Shown here in pieces: positions 45,801 to 55,968 of a stretch of 59,888 nucleotides of DNA. The translations under genes were made by a program, and so were the position numbers. Source of the DNA: a virus. Its lineage: Duplodnaviria; Caudoviricetes. The notes beneath the pieces are model-generated. The model did no database searches. It saw nothing but the letters and a program-made list of their open reading frames with translations, and was not told the DNA's origin. How positions within the stretch are numbered: the stretch's first letter is position 1; every line of letters begins with the position of its first letter. The DNA lies in IMG/VR virus record IMGVR_UViG_3300025132_004452, positions 1-59,888 of that record, one strand, 5' to 3'.

Positions 45801-47274
45801 ATATTAATTGTCTATCATAAGGAAAGCCAGTATAATTATTAGTAACAAATTGACTAGATAAATTAGCAAAAGTATTAATAGGTATTTCACCTATAGAATA
45901 AACATTGTTATCATTAGATGATTTTATTAATACTTGAATCTCCTTAACTTTGTATCTATTTATAAAGTTTAATCCAGTAGAAGTGTCAGATATATTATAA
46001 TAAGAGTTGTCAGGAAGAATTATATTTAACTCTGCAGACGTTATTAAATTAGTAAACCAATCTAAGGTAGTACTTATACTTGCTTTTCCTTCGTCACCCA
46101 CTTTAAAACTACCATATTGTTTAGGTACAAAAAGTGGTTGAGTAAAAGGAGCCATTAACGAATACTCATTGTCATCATACTTAAATCTATAGCTAAATCT
46201 AGCAAATCTTTCTTCTAAGTATTTTCTAGGTCTTAAGTTTTCTTGATACTCTGGATTTAAAAGTTGAAAAGTTATTAAATTACCTTCAGCCCAACCTTGT
46301 TTTACATCTGAAGCACTTGGAACTGTCTGGCCGCTTTTTGGTTGATCTTCTGATAAATATAATCTATTTTCTGGTAAACCACTCACAGATCTAACGTACA
46401 TGGTTCCTCCATTAGGAACGCTATAATTTTTTACCTTAATAACAGGGAAGTCAAAATTAGATCCTTTTTGCATTAAATCTCTTAACGCGGTACCTGGCCA
46501 AGAAGGTTGGTTAGACACAACCGCTGTTGCAAAACTTATATAATCTCTACTAGATGGAATATCATTTATAGGTGCTGTTAAAAAAGGTGGTAACCACTCT
46601 TCATCTTCAGCCTTCCAGGTAGGACTCCAATATGGCGTTGTTGGACCACCTGTGTTTTTAATAAACTTTATAGGTTCATAAGGTGCAAATTTAGCTACAG
46701 ATATTTGATCTTCAGCAAAGTAATAATCAGTGATATGTTTTGGCTGTGCGATTAAATCGTTATTTGTAAACGCTTTATCTATGTTTATTTTTCTAGGTTG
46801 GTTTCTATTGTCATTAAAAAACAATAAATTTTCTATAATATTAAACCCAAGTACTCTATGTGTTTTTGAAAAGTTTAGAAACTCTCCTTTCAATAAAACA
46901 ATTGGTGTGTAGTTTTCACCAGACAATTTTACTTGTATAACATAGTTATAACCTTGAAACTTATTGCTTAATTGGTCAGGTGAATTGTCAGTAAAAGTTG
47001 TTAAAAACAAATATAATGAGCTAGTATCGTCATGTGAAAACAAACCTATAATCTCTAAAACATTATTAGTGCCTAAAGTGTTTTGTAAACTTATTAAAAA
47101 GCTACCTATAACAGTATCATTACCTAAAACATTTTCTAACGCACCAACATTAGCTCCTTCTGATTTGCTTACGTTTATGTTTCTACCTTCTCTATACTCT
47201 CCTTTTGGTACTAATCTAGCATCTTTATCTCTATTCATCTTAGATGAAAGGAAATTGTTTTGTATTTTAGCCAT
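42883..47274 (-). CDS. Large tail/muzzle protein
   Basis: MN.D.D.RL...EYR...N; D.RNQPRKIN; RFSYRFKY.D.EYS; GNRVMYANY; YQVGV.L.D.FGR. Confidence 0.75.
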   Translation of the reverse strand: MAKIQNNFLSSKMNRDKDARLVPKGEYREGRNINVSKSEGANVGALENVLGNDTVIGSFLISLQNTLGTNNVLEIIGLFSHDDTSSLYLFLTTFTDNSPDQLSNKFQGYNYVIQVKLSGENYTPIVLLKGEFLNFSKTHRVLGFNIIENLLFFNDNRNQPRKINIDKAFTNNDLIAQPKHITDYYFAEDQISVAKFAPYEPIKFIKNTGGPTTPYWSPTWKAEDEEWLPPFLTAPINDIPSSRDYISFATAVVSNQPSWPGTALRDLMQKGSNFDFPVIKVKNYSVPNGGTMYVRSVSGLPENRLYLSEDQPKSGQTVPSASDVKQGWAEGNLITFQLLNPEYQENLRPRKYLEERFARFSYRFKYDDNEYSLMAPFTQPLFVPKQYGSFKVGDEGKASISTTLDWFTNLITSAELNIILPDNSYYNISDTSTGLNFINRYKVKEIQVLIKSSNDNNVYSIGEIPINTFANLSSQFVTNNYTGFPYDRQLIYKYRSAKPFQVLPESAVLRVSDITPVKAKAQEVAGNRVMYANYQNSHAAPSSLEYEAFSSERNINNPNGFDAEGNVLLSQSLDDAVALGENPPMLTSSENTIKEHYNSTIKQGRTYQVGVILADRFGRQSNVILANNESEVLFSSNNNVKSEKSTVYVPYDNAGDKSYPDFFGGSIKVIFTEEIPNQVPGLNFYPGLYNKDTNPLGWYSYKIVVKQSEQEYYNVYLPGSTSGSITFQAPILPLSYGRIYEISNLSIYGDNINKIPKNTTNISPTDRSFGSDTTLFFRVFHPTPGIVTADAKNVWYNRQLDEDRIKPFKVVNIQAFRDFGPWTTKKGSFINPSASTATSLISFKSYPYYIDSSNTKYVDPFYNADKNPFIASIDISNAETLRLGFESTYQAPSSDTTQPQFSKFLIVAETNPVESKLDIYWETTSSGLISDLNTSIKQGQTPNGPAGISGFLFLMEERYPYDGIGDYYGDGKYLLNRDIKILTNGGLESNDPNANIELENVTSGPDDPVGGSFEIVKIGSSPPSWNIKMADKSAAERKYFNPNFEHQLQENLTFALKLTIPGEVPSSKIVYVSNNKLTNNKPVWKYLDTGIPIVQSGTVAEDSIPLKTWGQATIYPNPTDPSDVVNSYNADRIFNQIIVDANRVGNSPFIPLPKDIIKDTASIGASDSDDNARNWSVKRNFYWTMSIGKKKEVFGGDGSNNNQNIGKMFENSNATSRDSSIFRWANQGIGSTSAIDFSKIGNSAVRFNAAGLAMKNNGSGIDGTSSSCYLDDFFDGSFGEQNDASEPYIEKCELAIFDKDGYDNFSIGTDSSPTYGEQGAVPKSGYGWKDFLIINDSNSTTGIQFGGNDPNVNNDKAWGYRKFPFDVRRFGPTDLIRLGASNTNLVNEYYAHNIGRWVFLADVDHPPFCQFEEDRSGKFRAEGALKGEDICVYRVTIRLREKFNNGTGLSSDVRKVIYVKLVR

Positions 47275-47276
47275 AC

Positions 47277-48467
47277 TTAATGTTTAATCCATTTAGACTT
47301 GTTTCTCATAACTCTAGTTATTTCGTCTATTTTTATATTAGACAATCTAATTTTAGCGTTTCTTAATTGAGCTCTTCTGTCTTTTTTAAATCTTGCTACT
47401 AGGTATTCAGGTATGTTAGATCTACCAGCTAATAAAGAATACGCTATATGCATGTACATAGCTTCCTCTGCCATTTTAGGTACTTTAGAATCAACATCAT
47501 AGGCTAAACCATCTGATATATATTCTAACACTATAACTCTACCGTTTAGGTCGCTAGAAAAACTAAACTTGCCTTCTCTTTCGTTTATAGTAAAATAACC
47601 ATTTATTTGAGTTGTTTCAGGTAATAAACCATAACGCATACCTCTATACTGTCTATCATACATGTAGTCTTGACCATAAGCGTTAAAAGCACCATTTAAA
47701 TACTGATTATACCCACCACTTAGTTGCCATTGTTGTAGCTTTTTCCAACTTGCCTCAGTTATTGAACTACCTTCAGTGTTTTCTCCAAAACCATCTTGAA
47801 CAAAGTCTCCATCAATATTTTGTAGTGGGGTTTCATAAGGATTTATAGTTAAGTTGTCACTAGGGTATATAATATGTTTTATACCACTACTATCGATCCA
47901 AGACATTCTTACGTAATTAACATAGTCTTGTGGCATTATAATAGAAAGGCTTGGTGGTATAGTAAGTTCTTGTGATTTTACAGATTTTAAAGTATCATAA
48001 GAAAACTCTTGTAAACCACGTTTTGCGTGAAATATAACATCAGTTCTTTTTACACTAGGTATTATTTTACCAGTACCTACGTAAGTAGCTATAAAAGTGT
48101 TTACTATATCATTTAAACTAGAATATGCATAACCTCCATAGTTGTTAAACACTTCCGTTATTACTAAAGTTATTCTAGCTAGATAAGCATTAGCTGCAGC
48201 TGCTGGAACAGCTATACCTGGATTTATGTTTACAACACTACCATTATCAATGGCGTCCACACTAGATATTGTGCCAGAATAAACTTGCCAAGTAACACCT
48301 AAGTTTTCGCTATACTCTAACTTAAAGTTTTGGTTAGAGCTAGATGTTCCTAGCTTTAAAGCAGTATTAAAACCAGCTGTAAAAGATGTGGTAGTAGTAC
48401 CTTTCTCTAGTAAAAATACTTTTTCACCCGCGTAATACTCTTCGTTTGTTTCTGTTATAAGTCCCAT
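47277..48467 (-). CDS. Tail ring/adaptor protein
   Basis: PQDYVNYVR, LEYISDG; position. Confidence 0.65.
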   Translation of the reverse strand: MGLITETNEEYYAGEKVFLLEKGTTTTSFTAGFNTALKLGTSSSNQNFKLEYSENLGVTWQVYSGTISSVDAIDNGSVVNINPGIAVPAAAANAYLARITLVITEVFNNYGGYAYSSLNDIVNTFIATYVGTGKIIPSVKRTDVIFHAKRGLQEFSYDTLKSVKSQELTIPPSLSIIMPQDYVNYVRMSWIDSSGIKHIIYPSDNLTINPYETPLQNIDGDFVQDGFGENTEGSSITEASWKKLQQWQLSGGYNQYLNGAFNAYGQDYMYDRQYRGMRYGLLPETTQINGYFTINEREGKFSFSSDLNGRVIVLEYISDGLAYDVDSKVPKMAEEAMYMHIAYSLLAGRSNIPEYLVARFKKDRRAQLRNAKIRLSNIKIDEITRVMRNKSKWIKH

Positions 48468-48470
48468 TTA

Positions 48471-49559
48471 TTAACTTTTTTCATTATTGTCTTCAGCTAT
48501 AGCCATTTGAGATGCTGATTGTATTATTTGTGGATCTCTTATTACTATACCGCAATATTTTAATATGTTTAACACTAGCTCAGTTTGATCAACACTGTCT
48601 ATTTCAAATTGTGTAGATCCAAAAGAAGTTCCACTATATAAACTAGCATCTGAAATAGTAAATAAAGCATCTACAGTACCTATATTAGAACCGCCTAATT
48701 GAAAAACATTTCTGTCAAAAGTAAATGTATCTCCAAAAGCATATCCACTACCAGCAGCTGTTACTGTTAAATCTGTTATTACACCATCACTACCTAACGT
48801 AAGATTAAAAATAGCACCTGTTCCACTACCAGTGTAAGTGACTCCAGCAGAACTAGAAGTAAGTCCAATGAACGATGTTTGTATAGGGGAAGTTGTTGTT
48901 GCTGTAAAGTTAGTTGTTAAACTTTGAAATAAATAACCTGATACTATAGGTAAACCAGTGGCTATATAAGGGTAGAAATCATATAGATATTGACCTAAAC
49001 CACCTACCGTATAACCCCATCTAGGATTATTTGGTTTTCTTACATATGATGCTGATACATTAGAACCTAACCCTATAGAAGTAGGATGTACATATATTCT
49101 AGGCTCTGTAGTAGAAGAGTTTTTGTCTTGATAAGTATATACTGGAAAAGATTTAGAAGGCTTTGTCAAAGGAGCTAGATTTAAATATAATAAATCATTT
49201 TTTTGCACTCTTTCTACCTCTATAAGATCTGCACCATTTTGGTACATAACACTACCTATTCTATGTACAGCAGGATCTGTAGGTAATGTAAAAGCGTTAT
49301 AAACAGAGCTCCAAGTACAGTTGTTAACTGTTTTAAATATAGATATTTTATCGTCTATATTTTTAACCCTATCAGCGTATTCTGTTTCGTCTTGACGTAC
49401 ACGCAGCTGTTGATTAAGATCTTCAAAGTATTTCTCAAATATTTCTAATTGAACTTGATTACCTATCTTATTAAATTCATCTGGAGTTATATAACCTCTT
49501 TGCTCTTTATTTAAGATCAATAACACTGTATTATAAACTTCACTTACGTTTATTGCCAT
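48471..49559 (-). CDS. Head-tail adaptor/ring protein
   Basis: NKEQRGYITPDEFN, YVRKP..P.W; position. Confidence 0.65.
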   Translation of the reverse strand: MAINVSEVYNTVLLILNKEQRGYITPDEFNKIGNQVQLEIFEKYFEDLNQQLRVRQDETEYADRVKNIDDKISIFKTVNNCTWSSVYNAFTLPTDPAVHRIGSVMYQNGADLIEVERVQKNDLLYLNLAPLTKPSKSFPVYTYQDKNSSTTEPRIYVHPTSIGLGSNVSASYVRKPNNPRWGYTVGGLGQYLYDFYPYIATGLPIVSGYLFQSLTTNFTATTTSPIQTSFIGLTSSSAGVTYTGSGTGAIFNLTLGSDGVITDLTVTAAGSGYAFGDTFTFDRNVFQLGGSNIGTVDALFTISDASLYSGTSFGSTQFEIDSVDQTELVLNILKYCGIVIRDPQIIQSASQMAIAEDNNEKS

Positions 49560-49571
49560 TTTAGTATTTTT

Positions 49572-49606
49572 AAAAAAAAAGGGTGGCGAAATACCACCCT
49601 ATTTTA
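49572..49606 (-). terminator. Intrinsic terminator
   Basis: Minus strand AGGGTGG-TATTTCG-CCACCCT followed by a T run. Confidence 0.8.
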
Positions 49607-49616
49607 TAGTCACTTG

Positions 49617-50402
49617 TTATTTAAACTTTTTCTCTATAGATTTATAGACTTCAAGTCCTTCATCGGTTTGAAACCAAGCTGCCATAGCTGAATATGGATT
49701 TTCATCAAATGGTACAGTCATTAGTTTTTTACCGTTAGTACCCCAAGTAAACGTTCTTTGATCTTGAGATAAATTAACTATTCCTTCTTCTTTAGCTTTT
49801 ATAGCAAAATTTCTTAATACTACATTTTCATCATTAACTAAAGCTAAGAACGTTTGAGGATTTCTTCTAGCGTAAACTAGTAGATCTCTTTTTATTTCTT
49901 TAGAAGTCATAGAAGTAACACTAGAGCCTTGTTCAACTCTTAATATAGCCTCTGCGTGATCAAGTTCTAACTTAGACGCTATATTCATAGCTTCTAATTC
50001 TACTTGTAGATAATCTAATTGATCAACCGCTTCTTCTACTTTATCGTGTTCTAAATAAAGTTTTCCTTTTGCTGGATGATATATTGATAGTAATTTTTGT
50101 AATTGTACTTTTTCTTTAGGAACGTGCAATGTACCATCTTCAAATATGATGTGAGATAATGTTACTGGTCCTTCTTGTTCGTCTACAAATACAGATTTTT
50201 GATTAGTTGCATATCTCAACTCTCTATTGTAACCCTTATCTTCATCAAAATAAAATAAAGGATGCCTAGATGTATGTCTTGAAGCTACTTTAAATGTTAA
50301 AGGTTCTTTACTTCCTCTTAAATAATAATTTCTATCTTTATACTCCCAAGTATCTTTTTTAACTTCAGTCTTAGCTGAAGCTTTCTTTTGTTTTGTTTCC
50401 AT
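49617..50402 (-). CDS. Conserved-looking protein of the head module
   Basis: ORF track; position. Confidence 0.7.
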   Translation of the reverse strand: METKQKKASAKTEVKKDTWEYKDRNYYLRGSKEPLTFKVASRHTSRHPLFYFDEDKGYNRELRYATNQKSVFVDEQEGPVTLSHIIFEDGTLHVPKEKVQLQKLLSIYHPAKGKLYLEHDKVEEAVDQLDYLQVELEAMNIASKLELDHAEAILRVEQGSSVTSMTSKEIKRDLLVYARRNPQTFLALVNDENVVLRNFAIKAKEEGIVNLSQDQRTFTWGTNGKKLMTVPFDENPYSAMAAWFQTDEGLEVYKSIEKKFK

Positions 50403-50424
50403 AATATAATATAATATAATAATT

Positions 50425-50452
50425 AAAAAAGATCCTGCCGAAGCAGGACCTT
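50425..50452 (-). terminator. Intrinsic terminator after the capsid genes
   Basis: Minus strand GGTCCTGC-TTCG-GCAGGATC-TTTTTT (cUUCGg loop). Confidence 0.85.
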
Positions 50453-50474
50453 ATTTTATTGTTAATCCAATTGA

Positions 50475-50825
50475 TTACAATGCAGCTGATCCAGCAGCAG
50501 CAGAAGTAACAACCGTATCATTTTCAAGTAATAACGGTAAACTTCCTGGACTTTGTATTGCAGCAGCCATAGCTTTATAAAAAGCTGTTGTAATAGCCGC
50601 AGCAGTAGTAGTGTTAGCATCTGGAATAGTAACGTTAACAAGGAATTGTCTTCCGTTGCTTGCGCTAGATCCAGTACCTTCTAAATAATAAATATTAAGA
50701 ATATGCGAAGAACCTGGTGAACCACCAAAAGTTAACGCCATAACACCGTCTACAGGAATTAATATAAATTCTGCAGCAGCAGATGCAGTAGCATTTGCTG
50801 TAATTGCTTTAATGTAATTTGCCAT
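50475..50825 (-). CDS. Putative capsid decoration protein
   Basis: Ala-rich; between the major capsid gene and a terminator. Confidence 0.5.
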   Translation of the reverse strand: MANYIKAITANATASAAAEFILIPVDGVMALTFGGSPGSSHILNIYYLEGTGSSASNGRQFLVNVTIPDANTTTAAAITTAFYKAMAAAIQSPGSLPLLLENDTVVTSAAAGSAAL

Positions 50826-50851
50826 AATTTCTATCTTTAAAATGTTAATAA

Positions 50852-52303
50852 TTATACAGTAGACTTAAACAATACGAAGTTATTCGCTGCTTGAGTTACT
50901 AAACATCTTTCAGATAAGAAGTGTACTTCCATAGCATCTAAAGATGATGTATAAGCACCGCCTACAGAACCTGTAATCCAGTTTTTATATCTTCTATCAT
51001 CTGACTCAGAAGCTCTATATCTTACGTGTAAGAAAGGTCTTCTAATATTAGATCCTAACATTTGGTCATAAACAGTTGTTGTACCAGCTGGAACCATAAC
51101 ACCATCGATGTCTTTAGTTAACCCTCTAGTAGTAGCATCGTTTAGATATTTCCAGTCAGTTTTGTAGAAGTCATAAGAACCTCTTCTGAAACCAGAAAAA
51201 CCAAAGTTCATTGCCATTTCAGCTTCGTTATCAAAAAGACCGTAAGAAGCAGACTGAGTAGAAGCATAACCTCCACCAGCTTGAGCAGCAATCATATCAT
51301 CAAAATCAAGAGCAGTAGCTCTGTTTAAGAATAACATGTTTTCTTCGATTGCACCTTGCTTATCTAATTGCTTAAGGATCTCGTCAAAATCTCCTAATGC
51401 ACCAGCTCCAGGAGCAGCAGCACCAGCAAAATTAGACCAGATGTTTCCTCTTGTTTCTATAGCTTCAAACATACCTTCAGTACCTATTGGGTGTACACCA
51501 GCACCGGCATTACCCGTAAACTGAGTATTAGGAAAAGTACCATCGTAATTAGCTTGTTCAACTCCAGAAGCAGCGTCAGCTTTAACACCTTCAACCATTG
51601 ACATTTCAAGATAATCTTCAAAACGTAAACGAGTTTCAGATTCAGCTTTTAAATACCAAAGGTATCCATTAGTACCGTCTTCAGTTGAAACTTCAACCCA
51701 ACCAATTTGAGCAGCATCAGAACCATTTACCTCAAACTTATCTTTAATGATTATAGGATTGTTTTTAAATGTACTTAGCTGAGGATCAATTGAACCAACC
51801 ATTTGACTAGTACCTTTTGCAAATTCAGAACCATAAACAAACATCTTAAGTCCAGTAGCACCTAAACCAGACGCGTTTAAACTAGCTGACTCATAAGGTA
51901 CAGCAGTAATTGTTAAACCAGAAACAGCTACAACTAAAGCTTTAATAGTTGTAAAACCATCAGCAATAACTACAGTTTGATTTAATCTTACAGAGTTATT
52001 ACCTGTAACTGTTAAAACATTAGCAGCTCTAGTAACTCCTTCATAAGCAATGTGTAATCTATTTTGTTCAGACCAGATTACTTGATCTGATGTCATTGGC
52101 ATTTCTGCACCAACCATTCTCAAGAAAGCAGATAAAGTTCTGTTTCCGTATCTTTCTACCTCTTGCTCATAAAGCTCTGGTAGATATTGTTGTGTCCACA
52201 TGTCGAAGTTAGTATCCTGAAAATTAATATAATTCGTAGGTTGTGTAACTTTCTTTGGCATCGGGACAATTGAAGCTGGAAAAGCTCCGCCTGATAAACT
52301 CAT
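50852..52303 (-). CDS. Major capsid protein
   Basis: Follows portal and scaffold; strong codon bias; W.EQ.RLH; GF..F..G.Y.FY; crAss/phi38:1-like layout. Confidence 0.85.
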   Translation of the reverse strand: MSLSGGAFPASIVPMPKKVTQPTNYINFQDTNFDMWTQQYLPELYEQEVERYGNRTLSAFLRMVGAEMPMTSDQVIWSEQNRLHIAYEGVTRAANVLTVTGNNSVRLNQTVVIADGFTTIKALVVAVSGLTITAVPYESASLNASGLGATGLKMFVYGSEFAKGTSQMVGSIDPQLSTFKNNPIIIKDKFEVNGSDAAQIGWVEVSTEDGTNGYLWYLKAESETRLRFEDYLEMSMVEGVKADAASGVEQANYDGTFPNTQFTGNAGAGVHPIGTEGMFEAIETRGNIWSNFAGAAAPGAGALGDFDEILKQLDKQGAIEENMLFLNRATALDFDDMIAAQAGGGYASTQSASYGLFDNEAEMAMNFGFSGFRRGSYDFYKTDWKYLNDATTRGLTKDIDGVMVPAGTTTVYDQMLGSNIRRPFLHVRYRASESDDRRYKNWITGSVGGAYTSSLDAMEVHFLSERCLVTQAANNFVLFKSTV

Positions 52304-52322
52304 AATTTTTAAGTTTTAGTTT

Positions 52323-53504
52323 TTATTTTTTATATTTAACTTTTAACTTAGAACTATCTACTCCAGAAACCGCTTTTACTTTCCATCCATTTATAAATAC
52401 ATCGCCAGGCGTTTCCGTTCTAGCATCTTTACTTATATTTTTAGACTTAGCTGTCACATCTTTAACAGCGTCGGCTTTACCTTGCTCATAAAAATGATTA
52501 GCTATTGTATCAGCATTTCTTGCAGCATATACAGCTTTATGATATGCGCTTTGATCTTTAACACTACCGTCTTCATTTAAGAACTTCTTAAAAAACGTAG
52601 TCAAGTCAGATTGCGATTCAGCAACTTCATTAGAATCTTTAACACCGTACCTAAATTTCTTTTCTCCAAATTTAAATTCAAAACCTTTGAATTCTTTAGA
52701 AAAATAATCTTTAGTTTTAGTTTTAAAATTTTCGTGTTGTTGCTTTGCTATCTCTTGTTCTTTGTTATATCTATTGAAAAACTCAGTTGCTTTTTGTTGT
52801 TCTTGAGTAACGCCCGGTCTCAACTTGATCTCGTCGTAATACTTCTTTTTCGTTTCCTCCAAAAAGTTCTTTGCTTCTGCAATTTCTTCTTTATAAGCGA
52901 GTTTTTTCTTTTTAACCTCTCGCTCTTCCGCTTCTTCAGGGTCAAAGTAAAATTTATCTTCTAATATAAAATCTACTTCTTCTCTATTTAAATGCGGTTT
53001 AGTTTGTTTATAATACTCTCTTAATAAAACGTCTTCATCAACATTTGAATAATCAGCATTTAGTCTAACAAAATCCTCAACAGTACCACCTGTTTCTTTC
53101 ATAAAATCAACTAGTTTTTCTACATTTTCAGGTAGTTCTAATTTAGGATCTTGTTTAATTTCTTCTTTAATAGTGTCTACTACATCTTCTACTGGTTTTT
53201 CAACCTCTTCATCTGTAATCTCTTGGATATTAGATTCTGGTTTTTCTTCTTCAGAGGCATCGACCCGTACTTCTTCGACCATCTCTTTGCTATCTCCGGA
53301 TGATTCGCCCACAGGTACTTCCTTTGTTTCTCCGACTGAAATGGCATCTTCTTCTTCTTTTTTAGGTTCTTCTTTTTTAGATAAATCTATTTTAGATATA
53401 TCATCTTTTTTATTTAATTTTTTAGGACGTCCAGGCTTTTTCTTAGCCTTAAACTCCCCTTGCTCTAGAACTCCGTCTGAGCCTTCTTTTACTTCTTCTG
53501 ACAT
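52323..53504 (-). CDS. Scaffolding protein
   Basis: Very acidic disordered N-terminus and coiled coils, between portal and capsid. Confidence 0.7.
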   Translation of the reverse strand: MSEEVKEGSDGVLEQGEFKAKKKPGRPKKLNKKDDISKIDLSKKEEPKKEEEDAISVGETKEVPVGESSGDSKEMVEEVRVDASEEEKPESNIQEITDEEVEKPVEDVVDTIKEEIKQDPKLELPENVEKLVDFMKETGGTVEDFVRLNADYSNVDEDVLLREYYKQTKPHLNREEVDFILEDKFYFDPEEAEEREVKKKKLAYKEEIAEAKNFLEETKKKYYDEIKLRPGVTQEQQKATEFFNRYNKEQEIAKQQHENFKTKTKDYFSKEFKGFEFKFGEKKFRYGVKDSNEVAESQSDLTTFFKKFLNEDGSVKDQSAYHKAVYAARNADTIANHFYEQGKADAVKDVTAKSKNISKDARTETPGDVFINGWKVKAVSGVDSSKLKVKYKK

Positions 53505-53526
53505 AATATAATATAATAGTTAATAA

Positions 53527-55968
53527 TTAAATAGGACTAAAGGGATTCATCCCAGTAATACCTTGTTGGTTTTCTTCTGCTTCTTTGGTTTTTTCCTTCA
53601 TTGGGTTTTTCTCAAAACTTGTAGGAAGTAAATTATTTTCTTGTTGGTTTATTAATGTACTTCTTTGAGTGCCTTCCATCCTTACTCTTTCGTCTTTTCT
53701 ATTTTCAGTATTGTTTACTCTTGCTTCGATAACATCTTCTTTAGCTTTTTCTAACTGTAAATCAAAGCCAAACTGTTTCTCCATTATCATCATTTTAATC
53801 TGAGCTTCTTGCTGGTATCTTTCAACATCCATTTGTACTTTAGCTTGTTCAAACTGTACTTTTTGCTCAGTTAATATTTGTTGTTTTTGAGTTTCTGCTA
53901 ATGCAACTTTTTCAGCTGTTTCAGCTTGAGCCTTAGCTTGCTCTTGTATTTGCTGAAGCTTCATAGCTTGTTCTTTCTCTTGCTTTTGCTTTCTTCTTTG
54001 TTTTAGCAATTGATTAGCTAATGTAAGGTTTTTAACTTCTCTTATATCTATAGCATCTTCTAAATCTATACCACCTGTTTTTAAAGCTATTTGTATATTT
54101 TCTTCTAACTTAGCTTTTTCCTCATCGTCCGGTTCTAAACTTAAAAATATTCCAAAGTCGTATATATTTTTGTCAACTAAGTCTTCTAACGTTGACACAT
54201 TAAATTTAGATATACTTTGCTGTAATGCATTTCTAGTCAATGGATACATTAAAGCATCACCTATTCTAAGAGATATGTTTTCGCAGTTTCTAAGAGTCAA
54301 GTACAAACTAGCTTGTAAAATATGTCTTGTTGCTGTATTAGAATTTGCAGCTGCTATTTTTTGTAAACCTACTAGTGAATGTTTATCTGGATCACTACCA
54401 TCTCTTGCTTCGTTCAATCCGGTTACATCTCTTATCATTTGCAAATAATACTGATAAGTCTGTATTAGTGAAGCTATTTTAGCGTTTCCACCACCACTTT
54501 GTAATTCTTGTATAGGTACTTTTCCTAAGTTCTGATCTCCATCTTGAGTCATTGATCTACCAACAATACTACCAGTTTGGAAATACATATTTAAAGCTTC
54601 CTGAGGATTATAATTAGTACCATTGCCTAAATCAACCTCTGCTAAGCCATCTACATCTAAATAAACACCATCAGGTACCATACGTGATAATACTTGTTGA
54701 AGCTTTAGATGAGTAATCTGTATCATATCAGCAAATCCTGTTACTCTTTTCACTATAGAATCTATACGTCCTTTGTACATTCTAGGAGCGCATATATTAT
54801 AATTCATATTAACCTTAGTGGTATCAGCAGTTGGCCTTGTCATGTTTTCAGCCATTTGCCATTGTAACACTTCTGGAAAACCTAATATTTTAACACCAGT
54901 GTATAACACTTCTATAGATCTAAATGCTTTTGAAAAGTTTAGTTCTTCAGGTGGATTAAACGCATCTGTTTTTTCTAGTGCTTTTTCTAATCCAGTAGCT
55001 GTTTCTTTTATTTTAAACACTTGATTTGTAAAAGTTTTATATTCAAAATATAATACTTGTATTTTATCATCAAAGAATCTTCCGTTCCAGTCATTTCTGT
55101 AATTAGAGTTACCTGGATATTGCTCTATTTTTTTTAATTCTTCAGGTGTTAAATGCGGAAACTGTTTTTTAAGCTCTGCTAAACTAACTCCTTTAACTTC
55201 ACCTGCGTACCATATATCTTCAAAGTTAGGATCTTCTGTATACGAATATACTAAGTTAGCGGGATCTACATAATCTACTTTTACACCTTCTTGTAAATTA
55301 AAAGCTGTTTTAGAACATGCTATACCTAAAACTGTTAAATCATAATTTAATCTTCTTCTTACTAAATCGTATTTATTGTAATCTAGTGTATAATTAATTG
55401 CTTCCTCTTGTGATATTTCTACATTTTGTTTATAATTTAATTGCATATAAACAGAAACCTCATCCGGGTTCTTAGGTGCATTTGGATTGCCTGATCCTGA
55501 GGAAATATCTATACCTAACTGAGCTTTAGCTTTATTAATATACTCTCTAGCATATATATCTTTCATTAAACCCTCAACATATCTAGTTCTTTTAGCACTT
55601 GATGTAGGATCTTGAGCGTAAGCTTTTATATCATAATTCTTTTGAGACATACCATTTACCACTATATCTACAAACTTTGATATAATAGGCACTGGAGTCC
55701 AGTCTAAATTAAGGTATGACAAATCACCATTTATAGATAACTCGTCTTTATATTTTTGAATTGACTGTTCACCTCTAGCATACAGTCTTAACTCATGAAA
55801 ATTATTATAATTAGAAGCAAATCTATAACCACCTGCTCCAGCTCTAGCGCCGCCAAACCACTCACCTTCAATTGCTTGCCCAACCTTAAGACCATAATCA
55901 TAAGATGCTTTTACTGCATCAGGTACTACCTGATCCGGAAATGAACTTCCATAACTAGTTTCTATCAT
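53527..55968 (-). CDS. Portal protein
   Basis: Follows terminase; PIISKFVDIVV, TGLNEARDG, long Q/E/K-rich C-terminal barrel. Confidence 0.85.
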   Translation of the reverse strand: MIETSYGSSFPDQVVPDAVKASYDYGLKVGQAIEGEWFGGARAGAGGYRFASNYNNFHELRLYARGEQSIQKYKDELSINGDLSYLNLDWTPVPIISKFVDIVVNGMSQKNYDIKAYAQDPTSSAKRTRYVEGLMKDIYAREYINKAKAQLGIDISSGSGNPNAPKNPDEVSVYMQLNYKQNVEISQEEAINYTLDYNKYDLVRRRLNYDLTVLGIACSKTAFNLQEGVKVDYVDPANLVYSYTEDPNFEDIWYAGEVKGVSLAELKKQFPHLTPEELKKIEQYPGNSNYRNDWNGRFFDDKIQVLYFEYKTFTNQVFKIKETATGLEKALEKTDAFNPPEELNFSKAFRSIEVLYTGVKILGFPEVLQWQMAENMTRPTADTTKVNMNYNICAPRMYKGRIDSIVKRVTGFADMIQITHLKLQQVLSRMVPDGVYLDVDGLAEVDLGNGTNYNPQEALNMYFQTGSIVGRSMTQDGDQNLGKVPIQELQSGGGNAKIASLIQTYQYYLQMIRDVTGLNEARDGSDPDKHSLVGLQKIAAANSNTATRHILQASLYLTLRNCENISLRIGDALMYPLTRNALQQSISKFNVSTLEDLVDKNIYDFGIFLSLEPDDEEKAKLEENIQIALKTGGIDLEDAIDIREVKNLTLANQLLKQRRKQKQEKEQAMKLQQIQEQAKAQAETAEKVALAETQKQQILTEQKVQFEQAKVQMDVERYQQEAQIKMMIMEKQFGFDLQLEKAKEDVIEARVNNTENRKDERVRMEGTQRSTLINQQENNLLPTSFEKNPMKEKTKEAEENQQGITGMNPFSPI

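Noticed and set aside
41108-47274. Frameshifted or pseudogenised single tail gene
   Set aside because: A clean TAATG stop/start junction with two intact long ORFs indicates ordinary translational coupling.
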